Shown here one piece after another: positions 46,580-56,839 of a DNA stretch of 64,000 bases; within the stretch, counting starts at the first letter, position 1; each line of letters opens with the position of its first letter. This DNA comes from Candidatus Omnitrophota bacterium. GTDB taxonomy: Bacteria; Omnitrophota; Gorgyraeia; Duberdicusellales; 4484-171. A program made the position numbers and the translations under genes. The stretch covers positions 69,910 to 133,909 of the forward strand of contig JAHKAJ010000024.1 of assembly GCA_018826075.1 (NCBI GenBank). Reading direction: 5' to 3'. The notes under the pieces are model-generated. The model was not told the origin of the DNA and ran no database searches. It saw only the letters and a list, made by a program, of their open reading frames with translations.

Positions 46580-47229
46580 GCACTTCGTCCTTTCACAAAA
46601 AGATAAACAAAAATTAAAAAAATAACAATGCCGACGACTAAGATGACATATTCAAATATATCCGATTTTTCTTTTTCCAACGGTAGCTTATCTAAAGAGT
46701 ATGATTCCTTTCTTTCACTTGTTTCATCAGGCAAAGGTTCAGAGAGTTTCGGCTCGAGATTCTCCGGTTCAGGCTCGTTTAAGCTTTCCACCACCGCCGG
46801 TTCAGTATTTTCGACGACTTTATCTTCGGCCGGTAAAGGCGGAACTGAACTTCTCTCATTTTTATCTGCAGGGATATCCGGCAGAATTTCATTATCTTGC
46901 TGGTTTGCCGGCTGACTGGCGGCTACTGGTTCTGGTTCGTTGCTGGCTGCTTCTTGAGGAGTTTCGGTTACAATTGGTGCAGCTTCCTGGGAGGATTCAG
47001 GTAGTTCGATATCTATCCCTTCCCCGGGGACATATTCTATGTCGGCATTTTGTGATGTTTGCTCAGGCTTACTTTCCTCAGGAATTGCTAATTTATCCAT
47101 CAGCTCACCTAAGGTGCTACGGCAGTCATGACAAACACAAAGATGTTCTTCAACCAACTTGATCTCTTCGTCGGTCGCAGTATGGTTAAAGTATTTCGGT
47201 ATTACCCCTTTGATCTCTTGACAATCCAT
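46576..47229 (-). CDS. putative zinc-finger (zf-HC2) anti-sigma factor with an acidic Pro/Glu-rich periplasmic region and C-terminal TM helix
   Basis: HLCVCHDCRS zf-HC2 motif near the N-terminus and a single C-terminal TM segment. AGGGAGGG ribosome-binding site. Confidence 0.5.
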   Translation of the reverse strand: MDCQEIKGVIPKYFNHTATDEEIKLVEEHLCVCHDCRSTLGELMDKLAIPEESKPEQTSQNADIEYVPGEGIDIELPESSQEAAPIVTETPQEAASNEPEPVAASQPANQQDNEILPDIPADKNERSSVPPLPAEDKVVENTEPAVVESLNEPEPENLEPKLSEPLPDETSERKESYSLDKLPLEKEKSDIFEYVILVVGIVIFLIFVYLFVKGRSA

Positions 47230-47299
47230 ACAGCCCTCCCTTTAAATTATAGATACTGATATAATTATAGCATAGGGAGTTTGAGGAGCAAGAAAATTA

Positions 47300-49294
47300 T
47301 TAAAATTCGTAGTTAACTTTAACGATGAAATTTCTGGTCGGATTAGGGTATAAATTATAAGCTCCGGTAGTAGCATTCCTCACTCCGTATTCGCTGTATT
47401 CACGGGAAGCTAAATTGTTAACGCCGGCCAAAAACTTCCAATTATCTCGGGAGTAAGATAAAGATAGATTGATAGTTTGATAGGCTCCAATCCGGTCATA
47501 CCTATTAGCCTGATCATTAATATAAAATTTTTCATCGATGCAGTTAGTTGACAGGTCGATTTTTAAACTTTCCAGCGGCAGCCAACGCATGCCAATCAGA
47601 ACTTTATTGCGCGGTACCATCGGAATGGTATTTCCGGCATAGGAATCGCCCCGGAAGGTCGCCTTAAGATAAGTATAGTTACCGTAAAGCTCAAGCCAGC
47701 TAAAAAATTTAGCATCAAAGGAAAATTCGATCCCGTCACGCCGGGTCTTGTTGTAATTTTCGTTGGCGCCGAAAGCAAAAGGGCCTCCGGTGGGATTATA
47801 ATAAAGTTCGTTTTCCAAATCCATCCGGAATAACGACAAACCGGCCTGGAAATTATCATTGAACTTTTGCTCGGTTCCGATTTCGAAATTATCGGAAACT
47901 TGGGGTTTCAAATCCAGATTAAGCGAACCCCAGGTAAAATATTCGTCGGTTGCCGGGGTACGGAAGCTTCGGCTGATGTTTAAAAATACTTTTGATTGTT
48001 CGGTATGGCTATAAACCAAACCGCTGTTGTAAGCTTTCTGGTAAAAGTCGCTTTTACGGTCAATGTCGGGATAGGTCCCGGAATTATCATGATAATCAAA
48101 ATCGTAGCTTACCTTTTCTCTGCGGTAGCCTCCGATCAACTTTAACTTTTCAAAAATTGAAAATTCATTCTGAAAGTAAGCGGCGTAGGTTGTTTTATTA
48201 ATATCGTTGAAGTCCTGAAGCTGATCGGAAAGATTGTAAGTGTCGGCGCTGTAGTCGTATTGATATATATCGATACCGGCGATCAAGCTATTGTCGTGGC
48301 CGAAAAACGGCTGTTTAAAAGCATGTTTAGAGGTTAAGGAAAAGGTTTCAATATAGCTTTTAAGAATCGGATTCCAGCCGGCATTGGCTCCCAAAAAGTA
48401 ACTGTATGCATCGCGGTTACGAAATGACAGATCAACTGAGCTTTCTCCCCATTGGCCAAAATCTTTATCTAATCCCAAAGTGAAATAATAGTCTTTTTCT
48501 TTAACATAATCGTCCCCGTATTTAGAGTGGGTTCGGTCAAAAACTTCTAAATCGGTTCCGCTTAAATTACCGGGCAGGCCAAAGTCAGCTTTGTGAAAAC
48601 CGCTGTCAAAACGTAAATTCCAATCCGGACCGAAAGCATATTCAAGCTTTGATCCGAAATCATAACTTTTAAGATAGCTGTTATTGCGATAACCGTGGGT
48701 ATGAATACGACTTCCGGTCAGCTGGTAAGAAAGTTTTTCCAAAGAACCGCTCAAGGAGAGCTCTTCAGAATCAAAGTTATAGCTGCCATACTGGCTTTTG
48801 TAGCTGAGTTTGGGTTTACCCCGGCCTTTTTTGGTAATAATATTTACTACGCCGGATACGGCATTGTCGCCGTACAAAACCGCTCCCGACCCGCCACGGA
48901 TGACTTCAATGCGTTCAACCTGGCTTAAAGGTATTTGCGACCAATCGACGCCGCTTAAGTCGACTTCATTGATTCTTCTTGAATCAATAAGAACTACCGA
49001 GTTCATTGCTGCCTGTTCGCCAAATCCCCTAATGTCAATAGAAGCTTTAGCTGAATTACCATACCAATCTCTGACTACAATACCGGGGACAACCCTTAAG
49101 CTATCCAAAACTGTTACCGGATTACCGTTTTCGATATCCTCTTGGCCTATAACCGTCAATGAACCACAAGTTTGGCCGGCTGCCTGGGGGTAACGATAAG
49201 GGGTCACTACTATTTGTTCTAAATTAATCTGTTGAGCCATTAAATAAAAAGGAACCGCTAACAACCATGAAAGAACCGTTAATGTTTTTTTCAT
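47300..49294 (-). CDS. TonB-dependent outer-membrane receptor (BtuB-like, cobalamin-riboswitch controlled)
   Basis: Signal peptide, plug domain, beta-barrel with C-terminal aromatic residue (…VNYEF). Start set at the Met after the leader of the ORF-track ORF. The cobalamin riboswitch lies immediately upstream. Confidence 0.8.
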   Translation of the reverse strand: MKKTLTVLSWLLAVPFYLMAQQINLEQIVVTPYRYPQAAGQTCGSLTVIGQEDIENGNPVTVLDSLRVVPGIVVRDWYGNSAKASIDIRGFGEQAAMNSVVLIDSRRINEVDLSGVDWSQIPLSQVERIEVIRGGSGAVLYGDNAVSGVVNIITKKGRGKPKLSYKSQYGSYNFDSEELSLSGSLEKLSYQLTGSRIHTHGYRNNSYLKSYDFGSKLEYAFGPDWNLRFDSGFHKADFGLPGNLSGTDLEVFDRTHSKYGDDYVKEKDYYFTLGLDKDFGQWGESSVDLSFRNRDAYSYFLGANAGWNPILKSYIETFSLTSKHAFKQPFFGHDNSLIAGIDIYQYDYSADTYNLSDQLQDFNDINKTTYAAYFQNEFSIFEKLKLIGGYRREKVSYDFDYHDNSGTYPDIDRKSDFYQKAYNSGLVYSHTEQSKVFLNISRSFRTPATDEYFTWGSLNLDLKPQVSDNFEIGTEQKFNDNFQAGLSLFRMDLENELYYNPTGGPFAFGANENYNKTRRDGIEFSFDAKFFSWLELYGNYTYLKATFRGDSYAGNTIPMVPRNKVLIGMRWLPLESLKIDLSTNCIDEKFYINDQANRYDRIGAYQTINLSLSYSRDNWKFLAGVNNLASREYSEYGVRNATTGAYNLYPNPTRNFIVKVNYEF

Positions 49295-49321
49295 ATTTTT
49301 CTCCCGGATAAAAATACTCAA

Positions 49322-49356
49322 AAATAAAAAAACCCTATACCGCATTTGGTATAGGG
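49322..49356 (-). terminator. intrinsic terminator (expression platform of the cobalamin riboswitch)
   Basis: Minus strand CCCUAUACC-AAAUGC-GGUAUAGGG followed by UUUUUUUAUUUUU, about 30 nt before the receptor start. Confidence 0.55.
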
Positions 49357-49439
49357 TGCACCCTGATTTACTTAGCCCTAAAAAATAAATCTTTCAAGTC
49401 ATTCCGCGTAACTTAAAAAAATTCTCTAACCTTTGATCA

Positions 49440-49585
49440 GGTATTCTGACTTCCCCGCTCTCTTAGCGGCCTTCCCATCCGGCTGGACAGTGGCTAAAAG
49501 GCTAAAAGAGTTCCCCGAATTTCGGGGCAGGGTTACAGCTGCGGGACAGCTACCGATTCGCACGGTATTCCCTAAACCAAAGAAT
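49440..49585 (-). promoter_or_regulatory. cobalamin (AdoCbl) riboswitch
   Basis: Minus-strand RNA contains UUAGGGAAUACCGUGCGAAUCGGUAGCUGUCCCGCAGCUGUAA (compare consensus AGGGAA..GGUG.AAAUCC..GCUG.CCCGCAAC.GUAA). It also has the B12 box AGCCACUG and a downstream GGGAAGGC. Confidence 0.7.
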
Positions 49586-49589
49586 AGTC

Positions 49590-50096
49590 TTAATTTGACA
49601 AAAGAGCAAGTTTAGCCTTGCGGCTTGGGACCTTTTTGGATACAAATTCATAGGTACCCAAAAGTACCAGCATATAAAATACATTTGAAACTAATGACGT
49701 CCTGAAAAAAGGTATGGCTAAAGTGTAACATTGGATTAAACCGTTTATTGTCCGGGGATACCAGCCACCCAGCCAAACACCGAGATTAGTGACAATAAAA
49801 AAGATGACCGAAGAAATCGCAGCATAAGAAAGATTGGTCACCAGGCTTTGATTTCGTTTTAATCGTTTACCCAACAAAGTTATCAGAAAAACACTGCCCC
49901 AGGTAAATAAAACTACTCCGTGTAACCCGATTATCAAATCGGAGATGACATAGAGTACTATCGGCAACCAAAGCGAATATTTTTTATTCAGGTAAGCACC
50001 CGAAAACAAAGCGATGGCTATGATTGGGCTAAAATTAGCCAAATGCGGGGTTAACCGGGAAGCCAGGCCAAGAATAAACAACGCGATTATTAACAT
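49590..50096 (-). CDS. hypothetical polytopic membrane protein (168 aa)
   Basis: About five TM helices. No confident family assignment. Confidence 0.45.
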   Translation of the reverse strand: MLIIALFILGLASRLTPHLANFSPIIAIALFSGAYLNKKYSLWLPIVLYVISDLIIGLHGVVLFTWGSVFLITLLGKRLKRNQSLVTNLSYAAISSVIFFIVTNLGVWLGGWYPRTINGLIQCYTLAIPFFRTSLVSNVFYMLVLLGTYEFVSKKVPSRKAKLALLSN

Positions 50097-50152
50097 AGTA
50101 ATGTAACCATATCAAAGGTTAAAGTTTCTGTCAAGTAATTTTTAATTTTATC

Positions 50153-50225
50153 TGCCCCCATCCCGAATCGAACGGGAATTTCAGCCTTAGGAGGGCCGCG
50201 CTCTATCCGTTTGAGCTATAGGGGC
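50153..50225 (-). tRNA. tRNA-Arg (anticodon CCU)
   Basis: 73-nt cloverleaf on the minus strand. Acceptor GCCCCUA/UGGGGGC, D-stem GCUC/GAGC, anticodon loop CUCCUAA, T-arm UCCCG-UUCGAUU-CGGGA. Confidence 0.85.
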
Positions 50226-50239
50226 TAAACGATTAGGCT

Positions 50240-50755
50240 TTAATATTTGATCAGCGAATATACGGGGTATCCGGCCAACTTCTCTTTTCCTTTCAAAAAA
50301 GTCAGCTCAATAAGAAAAGCGATGGCGGTAATCTCGCCGTTAAGTTTTTTTACCAGTTCAATCATAGCACTGGCGGTTCCACCAATCGCCAGAAGATCAT
50401 CTAAAATCAGAATTTTTGCTCCGGCCGGGAAAGCATCCTGATGGATTTCCAATGAATCTTCTCCGTATTCCAAAGCATAAGTGTGACGGTAAGTTTTGGC
50501 CGGAAGCTTCCCGGGTTTTCGTACCGGAACAAATCCACAACCTAATTTGTAGGCTAAGGCCGCTCCAAAAATAAAACCCCGTGATTCGGCAGCCACAACA
50601 TAATCAATATCTTTATCAGCGATCAACCCGGCCAGTTGATCAATCGCCGAAGGAAAAGCTTTCTTATCATTTAAAATCGTAGTTATATCCTTAAATAAAA
50701 TTCCTTTCTTTGGAAAATCTGGAATATCCCGGATAAGTTTTTTAAGTTCACTCAT
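50240..50755 (-). CDS. apt: adenine phosphoribosyltransferase
   Basis: The IRDIPDFPKKGILFKDIT and PRPP-binding motif ILILDDLLAIGGTA. Confidence 0.85.
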   Translation of the reverse strand: MSELKKLIRDIPDFPKKGILFKDITTILNDKKAFPSAIDQLAGLIADKDIDYVVAAESRGFIFGAALAYKLGCGFVPVRKPGKLPAKTYRHTYALEYGEDSLEIHQDAFPAGAKILILDDLLAIGGTASAMIELVKKLNGEITAIAFLIELTFLKGKEKLAGYPVYSLIKY

Positions 50756-51570
50756 TCAATATCCCTCTTGCGTTCTTCCTGAGTGTATTTTCGTAATTTT
50801 TTCAAAGCTTCCTGTTCGATCTGCCTTACCCTTTCCCGAGAAACGTTTAGGCTGTCGGCGACTTCGGCTAAAGTATGCGGCCGGCCGTCAGTTATGCCAA
50901 AACGTAAATCAAGCACTGATTTTTCCCGTTCGCCTATAGCGCTAAGCAGTTGCTTGACTCTTTCCCGGGTAAATACCTTTTCCACGTTAGTCTCAGTATC
51001 GCTTTGTTCACTGCCTTCGATAAAATCACCGAGTTGCGACTCGCCTTCACTTCCCACCGGCGCTTCCAAAGAAGATTTTTTTTGAGACCAAAGCTCGATC
51101 TCAGCTATTTTTTCAATCGGCAATTTCAAACGTTTAGCTATTTCTTCACGCTGCGGATCACGGCTGTTTTTCTGACGAAGCTGTTCGGATATTTTTCGGT
51201 ATTTTGACATCAATTCGCTCATGTACACCGGAATGCGGATAGTCTTTCCCTGATCGATCAAAGCCCGAGTTATGGCCTGACGTATCCACCAAGCTGCATA
51301 AGTTGAAAATCGGTAGCCACGGCGAGTATCGAATTTGTCAATTGCCCGCATCAGACCGATGTTACCCTCGGCGATCAAATCCATCAAGCTTAAGTTTAGG
51401 TGGCTATAATGTTTGGCAATGTTGACTACCAGCTTAAGGTTGCAATTGATGATCTTGCGGCGGGCTTGACGGTCTCCCTGCTTTGCCTTCGTGATCAAAT
51501 CGATCTCTTCGGTTTTTTTAAGCAGCGGGAGACTTTTAATTCTTTCTAAATAGGCTTTGATTGCTTCCAT
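50752..51570 (-). CDS. RNA polymerase sigma factor, sigma-70 family (regions 2-4, non-ECF)
   Basis: Region 2 (DLIAEGNIGLMRAIDKFD...FSTYAAWWIRQAI) and region 4 helix-turn-helix (LAEVADSLNVSRERVRQIE). Confidence 0.8.
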   Translation of the reverse strand: MEAIKAYLERIKSLPLLKKTEEIDLITKAKQGDRQARRKIINCNLKLVVNIAKHYSHLNLSLMDLIAEGNIGLMRAIDKFDTRRGYRFSTYAAWWIRQAITRALIDQGKTIRIPVYMSELMSKYRKISEQLRQKNSRDPQREEIAKRLKLPIEKIAEIELWSQKKSSLEAPVGSEGESQLGDFIEGSEQSDTETNVEKVFTRERVKQLLSAIGEREKSVLDLRFGITDGRPHTLAEVADSLNVSRERVRQIEQEALKKLRKYTQEERKRDIE

Positions 51571-54396
51571 TTATCTTTTCTTAGTTTTCGGTTTTGGTTT
51601 TCCTTGCTGGTTCTGGTTCAAGGCGGCTTGAGCAGCAGCTAACCTGGCGATCGGTACCCGGTAAGGCGAGCAACTTACATAGTTCAAGCCGATCTTATGG
51701 CAAAAAGCCACTGAGTTAGGTTCGCCTCCATGCTCACCGCAAATGCCCAATTTAATATCCTTGCGGGACTTTCTTCCCAATTCAACTGCAATCTTAACCA
51801 GACGCCCTACGCCATCTATATCTAAAACCTGGAAGGGATCGTATTCATATATCCCGGCCTTAACATACTCAACTAAAAATTTACCGGCATCATCGCGGGA
51901 AAAACCGCAACCCATCTGCGTCAAGTCATTTGTTCCAAACGAGAAAAATTCTGCCACCTTAGCTATCTCGTCAGCAGTAACTGCGGCCCGGGGAACTTCG
52001 ATCATAGTCCCAATTTTAACCTCAAAAGGCAATTTTGACAACTTCCTTTCTTTTTTTATTTCCTCAATAACCTGTAAAACAACCTTTTTTTGCATCGATA
52101 ACTCTTTAACATTACCTACCAGAGGAATCATGATCTCCGGATGAACTTTTAGTTTTTTAGCTTTAACTGCTAGACCAGCTTCGATAACTGCCCTGGTTTG
52201 CATGATGGTGATCTCCGGGTAGGTTATGCCTAAACGGCAGCCCCGATGGCCGAGCATCGGGTTAAACTCATGCAAAGATTCAACGGTCTGTTTTACCTGT
52301 TCATAAGCTATACCCATTGATTGGGCCAGTTGACGTTGGCCTTTTTCATCTTGAGGTAAAAATTCGTGTAACGGCGGGTCAAGAAAGCGAATAGTACAAG
52401 GATAACCTTTAAGAGCCTTAAAGATTCCTTCAAAATCCTCTCTCTGAAGCGGAAGAAGTTCTCCCAAAGCCTCCAAATACTGGGCTAAAGGGTCTTGAAG
52501 TTCTTTTTCTAAACTATTCTTTTTATCAGGATCGCTTTCCTGAGAGATTTGTTCACGTAAAGTCTTCACTTTTTGAGCTACTAAAATCATTTTACGGAAA
52601 GAAGTGATTCTTTCTCCTTCAAAAAACATATGTTCAGTTCGGCAAAGGCCAATACCTTCAGCACCGAATTCAATAGCCACAGCTGCATCGTTAGGCGTAT
52701 CAGCATTTGTGCGTACGCCCAATTTTCTTACCTGATCGGACCAACTCATGATTATTCCAAAAGGCCCGGTCATTTTGGGGATTATAGTTTTAATCTGCCC
52801 CAGATAAACTATGCCTTTGCTTCCGTTGAGAGAGACCCAATCGCCTTCTTTTATTACCTGGCCTGCGCATTGCATTTGTTTTTTAGAAACATCCATAGCA
52901 ATATCACCGGCTCCGGCAATGCAGCATTTTCCCCAGCCGCGGGCTACTACCGCAGCGTGCGAAGTCATTCCGCCGCGGGCAGTCAAGATACCTTCGGCTG
53001 CATGCATGCCCCGGATATCTTCCGGTGAAGTCTCCAAACGGCAAAGAATAACCTTTTCACCCTTTTCTTTCCAGGCCTCGGCGTCTTTAGCCGTAAACAC
53101 TGCTCGGCCGACTGCTGCTCCCGGAGAAGCCGGAAGACCGGATTTAGAAAGGATCTTGGCTTTTTTTTCTTCGTTAAGATCAAACATCGGATGAAGCAAT
53201 TGATCGATCTGTTCAGGTTCAACCCGCATTAAAGCGGTATTTTTATCAATCAGCTTTTCGGAAACCATATCCACGGCTATCTGCACCGCTGCCTGGGCTG
53301 TGCGTTTTCCATTACGGGTCTGCAGCATAAATAACTTGCCCTTTTCGATGGTAAACTCAAAATCCTGCATTTCAGCATAGTGTTTTTCTAATTTTTTTCG
53401 GATAGTCTGAAGTTGGTTATAAATAACCGGGTTATCTTTTTTCATCTGGTCAATATGCAACGGCGTACGGATTCCGGCTACGACGTCTTCACCTTGAGCG
53501 TTCATTAAGAATTCACCGTAAAGTTTATTTTCTCCAGTAGAAGGATTGCGGGTAAAGGCGACCCCAGTTCCCGAATCATTGCCCATGTTGCCAAAAACCA
53601 TTGCCTGGACATTGACTGCCGTACCCAAAAGGCCTTTGATGTTATTGATCTGACGATAGGCAATAGCCCGGTCATTATTCCAGGAACCAAATACAGCATT
53701 GATCGAAGCCATAAGCTGTTTCATCGGATCCTGAGGAAATTCAGCCTTAGTATGCTGTTTATAGATGCGTTTGTAGCGGCTAACCAGCTCTTTTAAGTCT
53801 TCAATTCCCAAAGTCGTATCAGGAACGACTTTATTTAAAGCTTCCTGAACCAGGTCTTGGCTGTTCTTGACCCCTTTTCTCTTGGCAATCTTGCGTTTGA
53901 CTTCTTCTAATTCATGCTCAAAAGCATGATGAGGAACATCCATGGCTACATCACCGAACATTTGAATAAAACGGCGGTAGGAATCCCAGGCAAAACGCTC
54001 ATTTTTAGTAAGGTTGATAAGGCCTTCAATCGCCTCGTCGGTAAGGCCAAGATTAAGAATCGTATCCATCATCCCCGGCATTGAAGCTGCAGCACCGCTG
54101 CGCACCGAAACTAAAAGCGGATTTTTTCGATCACCGAATTTTTTAGCGGTAGCTTTCTCTAATTTCCTAAGGTTTAGCTCTATCTCTTTTAGCAACCCTT
54201 GAGGGTACTTATGGTTATTTTCATAATAAAGTCTGCATACTTCGGTAGTAATAGTCAACCCCGCCGGAACCGGAAGGCCGATGCTGGACATCTCGGCTAA
54301 ATTAGCACCCTTACCGCCAAGCAGGCTTTTCATTTTAGCGTTTCCGTCAGATTTGCCCATGCTGAAAAAATAAACATACTTTGTCTTGCCAGCCAT
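51571..54396 (-). CDS. ppdK: pyruvate, phosphate dikinase
   Basis: 941 aa. N-terminal ATP-grasp, central phospho-His domain (GGMTSHAAVVARGWG) and C-terminal PEP-utilising TIM barrel. Confidence 0.9.
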   Translation of the reverse strand: MAGKTKYVYFFSMGKSDGNAKMKSLLGGKGANLAEMSSIGLPVPAGLTITTEVCRLYYENNHKYPQGLLKEIELNLRKLEKATAKKFGDRKNPLLVSVRSGAAASMPGMMDTILNLGLTDEAIEGLINLTKNERFAWDSYRRFIQMFGDVAMDVPHHAFEHELEEVKRKIAKRKGVKNSQDLVQEALNKVVPDTTLGIEDLKELVSRYKRIYKQHTKAEFPQDPMKQLMASINAVFGSWNNDRAIAYRQINNIKGLLGTAVNVQAMVFGNMGNDSGTGVAFTRNPSTGENKLYGEFLMNAQGEDVVAGIRTPLHIDQMKKDNPVIYNQLQTIRKKLEKHYAEMQDFEFTIEKGKLFMLQTRNGKRTAQAAVQIAVDMVSEKLIDKNTALMRVEPEQIDQLLHPMFDLNEEKKAKILSKSGLPASPGAAVGRAVFTAKDAEAWKEKGEKVILCRLETSPEDIRGMHAAEGILTARGGMTSHAAVVARGWGKCCIAGAGDIAMDVSKKQMQCAGQVIKEGDWVSLNGSKGIVYLGQIKTIIPKMTGPFGIIMSWSDQVRKLGVRTNADTPNDAAVAIEFGAEGIGLCRTEHMFFEGERITSFRKMILVAQKVKTLREQISQESDPDKKNSLEKELQDPLAQYLEALGELLPLQREDFEGIFKALKGYPCTIRFLDPPLHEFLPQDEKGQRQLAQSMGIAYEQVKQTVESLHEFNPMLGHRGCRLGITYPEITIMQTRAVIEAGLAVKAKKLKVHPEIMIPLVGNVKELSMQKKVVLQVIEEIKKERKLSKLPFEVKIGTMIEVPRAAVTADEIAKVAEFFSFGTNDLTQMGCGFSRDDAGKFLVEYVKAGIYEYDPFQVLDIDGVGRLVKIAVELGRKSRKDIKLGICGEHGGEPNSVAFCHKIGLNYVSCSPYRVPIARLAAAQAALNQNQQGKPKPKTKKR

Positions 54397-54411
54397 ACTT
54401 GCTTCTCCTTC

Positions 54412-55743
54412 TTAGTTAGTCTTCTCTTGAATAAAAGCGAATAATTTATCCGTGGAAACCCTGGTCTGTTGCATGGTATCACGATCACGGACAGTAACAC
54501 ATTTATCAGTTAGACTATCGACATCGACAGTTACGCAAAACGGTGTTCCGATCTCATCCTGTCTGCGGTAAAGTTTACCGATAGCAGCGCTGTCATCGTA
54601 TACAACCGAAACCTTATTTTTTATATCATAAAATATATTTTTTGCAAGCTCAACTAAATCCGGCTTATTTTTCAGTAAAGGGAAAATCGCCAGGCGAAAG
54701 GCGGCCAAGGAAGGTTTTAGTTTTAATACGGTTCGTAATTTACCTTTGACTTCCTCTTCGTGATAGGCATTACAGATAAGAGCAAAAAATGTCCGGTCCA
54801 CTCCGGCCGAGGGCTCTATAACAAAAGGTATGAATCTTTCATTAGTCTCCGGGTCAAAATAAGAAAGGTCTTTTTTGCTCACCCGGGCATGTTCAGTCAA
54901 GTCAAAGTCTCCCCGGTTAGCTACCCCTTCCAGTTCGCTCCAACCGAAAGGAAAATTAAATTCGATGTCGGTACAGGATTTTGCATAGTGGGCCAATTCA
55001 TCCTTGGCGTGTTCGCGCAGGCGTAAATTATCTTTAGCCAGGCCGATTTTCTCCAAATAAAAATTAAAACGTTCATTGACCCAATATTGGTAGGCTTGGG
55101 CGGCTTTTTTGGGATGAACAAAATATTCGATTTCCATCTGCTCGAACTCTTTCATCCGAAAAATAAAACTCCCGGTAGTCACTTCATTACGGAAGGCCTT
55201 GCCGATCTGAGCTATGCCCAAAGGAAGCTTTTTATGAGTAGTATTTAATACATTAGCAAAGTTAACAAAGATGCCTTGAGCGGTTTCCGGACGCAGATAA
55301 GCATAGTTAGGATTGTCTTCAGTAGCGCTTAAGTTAGTCTTAAGCATCAGATTGAATTTGCGAGGTTTACTCTTCTCGATATCGATATCCTTTTTACATT
55401 CCGGGCAACGGTAGGCATGTTTGTCTTTTTTCTCCAGTTTATCCAGGCGAAAACGCTTTTTACAACCCGGACAATCAACCAAAAGGTCAGAAAACCCTTC
55501 CAGGTGGCCGGAAGCCCGAAATACATCTTCATGCATGATCAAACTGGAATCAAGTCCAACGATATCTTCACGGCCTAAAACATAGGTATCCCACCAGACA
55601 TCCTTAATCTTCTTTTTCAGGACCGCGCCTAAGGGTCCGTAATCCCAGATACTGGAAAGCCCTCCGTAGATCTCAGAGCCTCCAAAAACAAAGCCCCTTC
55701 TGCGGCAAAAAGCTACGATTTTCGATAGTTTATCCTCAGGCAT
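54412..55743 (-). CDS. glyS: glycine--tRNA ligase (alpha2 dimeric type)
   Basis: Class II aaRS motifs with the anticodon-binding domain. The 443-aa single-chain form is typical of GlyRS. Confidence 0.9.
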   Translation of the reverse strand: MPEDKLSKIVAFCRRRGFVFGGSEIYGGLSSIWDYGPLGAVLKKKIKDVWWDTYVLGREDIVGLDSSLIMHEDVFRASGHLEGFSDLLVDCPGCKKRFRLDKLEKKDKHAYRCPECKKDIDIEKSKPRKFNLMLKTNLSATEDNPNYAYLRPETAQGIFVNFANVLNTTHKKLPLGIAQIGKAFRNEVTTGSFIFRMKEFEQMEIEYFVHPKKAAQAYQYWVNERFNFYLEKIGLAKDNLRLREHAKDELAHYAKSCTDIEFNFPFGWSELEGVANRGDFDLTEHARVSKKDLSYFDPETNERFIPFVIEPSAGVDRTFFALICNAYHEEEVKGKLRTVLKLKPSLAAFRLAIFPLLKNKPDLVELAKNIFYDIKNKVSVVYDDSAAIGKLYRRQDEIGTPFCVTVDVDSLTDKCVTVRDRDTMQQTRVSTDKLFAFIQEKTN

Positions 55744-56005
55744 AGGTGTACAATTATACCTTAAAATCCGATTTTTTTAAGAATTATTTTTGGAACAAAT
55801 AGATATGGCTTTCCGAAATAATAGTTATTTAATATTTATTTCATTGACCTCTTTATGCAGTCAAGCTTTTCTTTCGTTCGAACCAACATAGCATCCCCGC
55901 TTTTTTCCATTTTTCTACTGCCTCCAGCAATAAAAAGTACCCCTCATTCTAGCCTACTAGATTGAGGCGGGGTTTACCTACCTCGAATCTAAAACAACCA
56001 CCTCA

Positions 56006-56350
56006 CTAAGATATTTTTTTGATGATTTCGGTTAAATGTTTCCGGAGTTGAGGTAATGAGGTTTCGATAATGCTCCAAACTATATCCAAATTGACCCCAA
56101 AATAGTGATGGATCAGTTTATCACGGACTTTGGCAAAATCATTCCAAGGAATTTGAGGGTATTTTTGGGAAAAGTCGCTAGAAATATTTTTGGAGGCTTC
56201 GCCGATTATTTCGAAATTACGTACTACTGCATCCTGAATTATTCGGTTTTTCATGAAGGCAGCATAGTTAATATCTTGACAATAGCTGATTATCCGCTTT
56301 GCTGCTTCAAGAATATCGGCTAGATACTCAGAATTACTCCTTTTAGACAT
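56006..56350 (-). CDS. hepT: HepT-like (DUF86) toxin of a HepT/MntA toxin-antitoxin pair
   Basis: DUF86-type composition with a conserved R..H-like C-terminal region. Overlaps the upstream nucleotidyltransferase gene. Confidence 0.65.
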   Translation of the reverse strand: MSKRSNSEYLADILEAAKRIISYCQDINYAAFMKNRIIQDAVVRNFEIIGEASKNISSDFSQKYPQIPWNDFAKVRDKLIHHYFGVNLDIVWSIIETSLPQLRKHLTEIIKKIS

Positions 56351-56645
56351 AACGTAGGTTCTTTTTAATTGTCTTGCTGACTTGGGGAAGCCTAATTCCC
56401 TGAAGGCCTCCGGGAGTTAAAATATCTACCTCTTTACCTAATTTTTTCTCTAGGTAGTCAGCAAGAGCAATGAATTTTAATCCAGGCAGTCGGCTAAATT
56501 CAATCAATAAATCAATATCGCTATTTTCTTTAGGTGTTCCTTGGGCAAAAGAACCAAAAACAGCGATTCGGCTCACCCCAAAATTATCATGCAAGTAAGG
56601 CATTACTTCCTTTAAAACAGAGAAAAGTCTTTCGCGTGTCAACAT
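56343..56645 (-). CDS. mntA: MntA-like nucleotidyltransferase antitoxin
   Basis: Minimal nucleotidyltransferase motif GS.A.G.....SDIDLLIEF. 8-bp overlap with the hepT-like gene. Confidence 0.65.
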   Translation of the reverse strand: MLTRERLFSVLKEVMPYLHDNFGVSRIAVFGSFAQGTPKENSDIDLLIEFSRLPGLKFIALADYLEKKLGKEVDILTPGGLQGIRLPQVSKTIKKNLRYV

Positions 56646-56839
56646 ATATCTCCTAAGTTAACAGTGAGAAGATTATAGCAGTAGGGATTATTTTAGGCAA
56701 GGAGTTTTTCTGAAAGCATGATTTATGAAAGCAGGACTTTTAAAAATTTCAAAACTGCCGGAATTATCCTTGATTTTAATGGAGTGATTATGGAGTGATT
56801 TACACGGGACCTGTCCCGGAATTATAAGAACTATTTTTG

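Noticed and set aside
49433-49615. 60-aa plus-strand ORF
   Set aside because: It lies entirely within the cobalamin riboswitch on the opposite strand.
55744-56005. Possible T-box leader upstream of glyS
   Set aside because: There is only a weak resemblance (AAUGAGGGGUAC versus the T-box AAUUAGGGUGGUACCGCG). No specifier-loop/AGAGA stem I features or terminator-antiterminator pair were found. A TATAAT sits ~9 nt before the ATG, which argues for a short leader.
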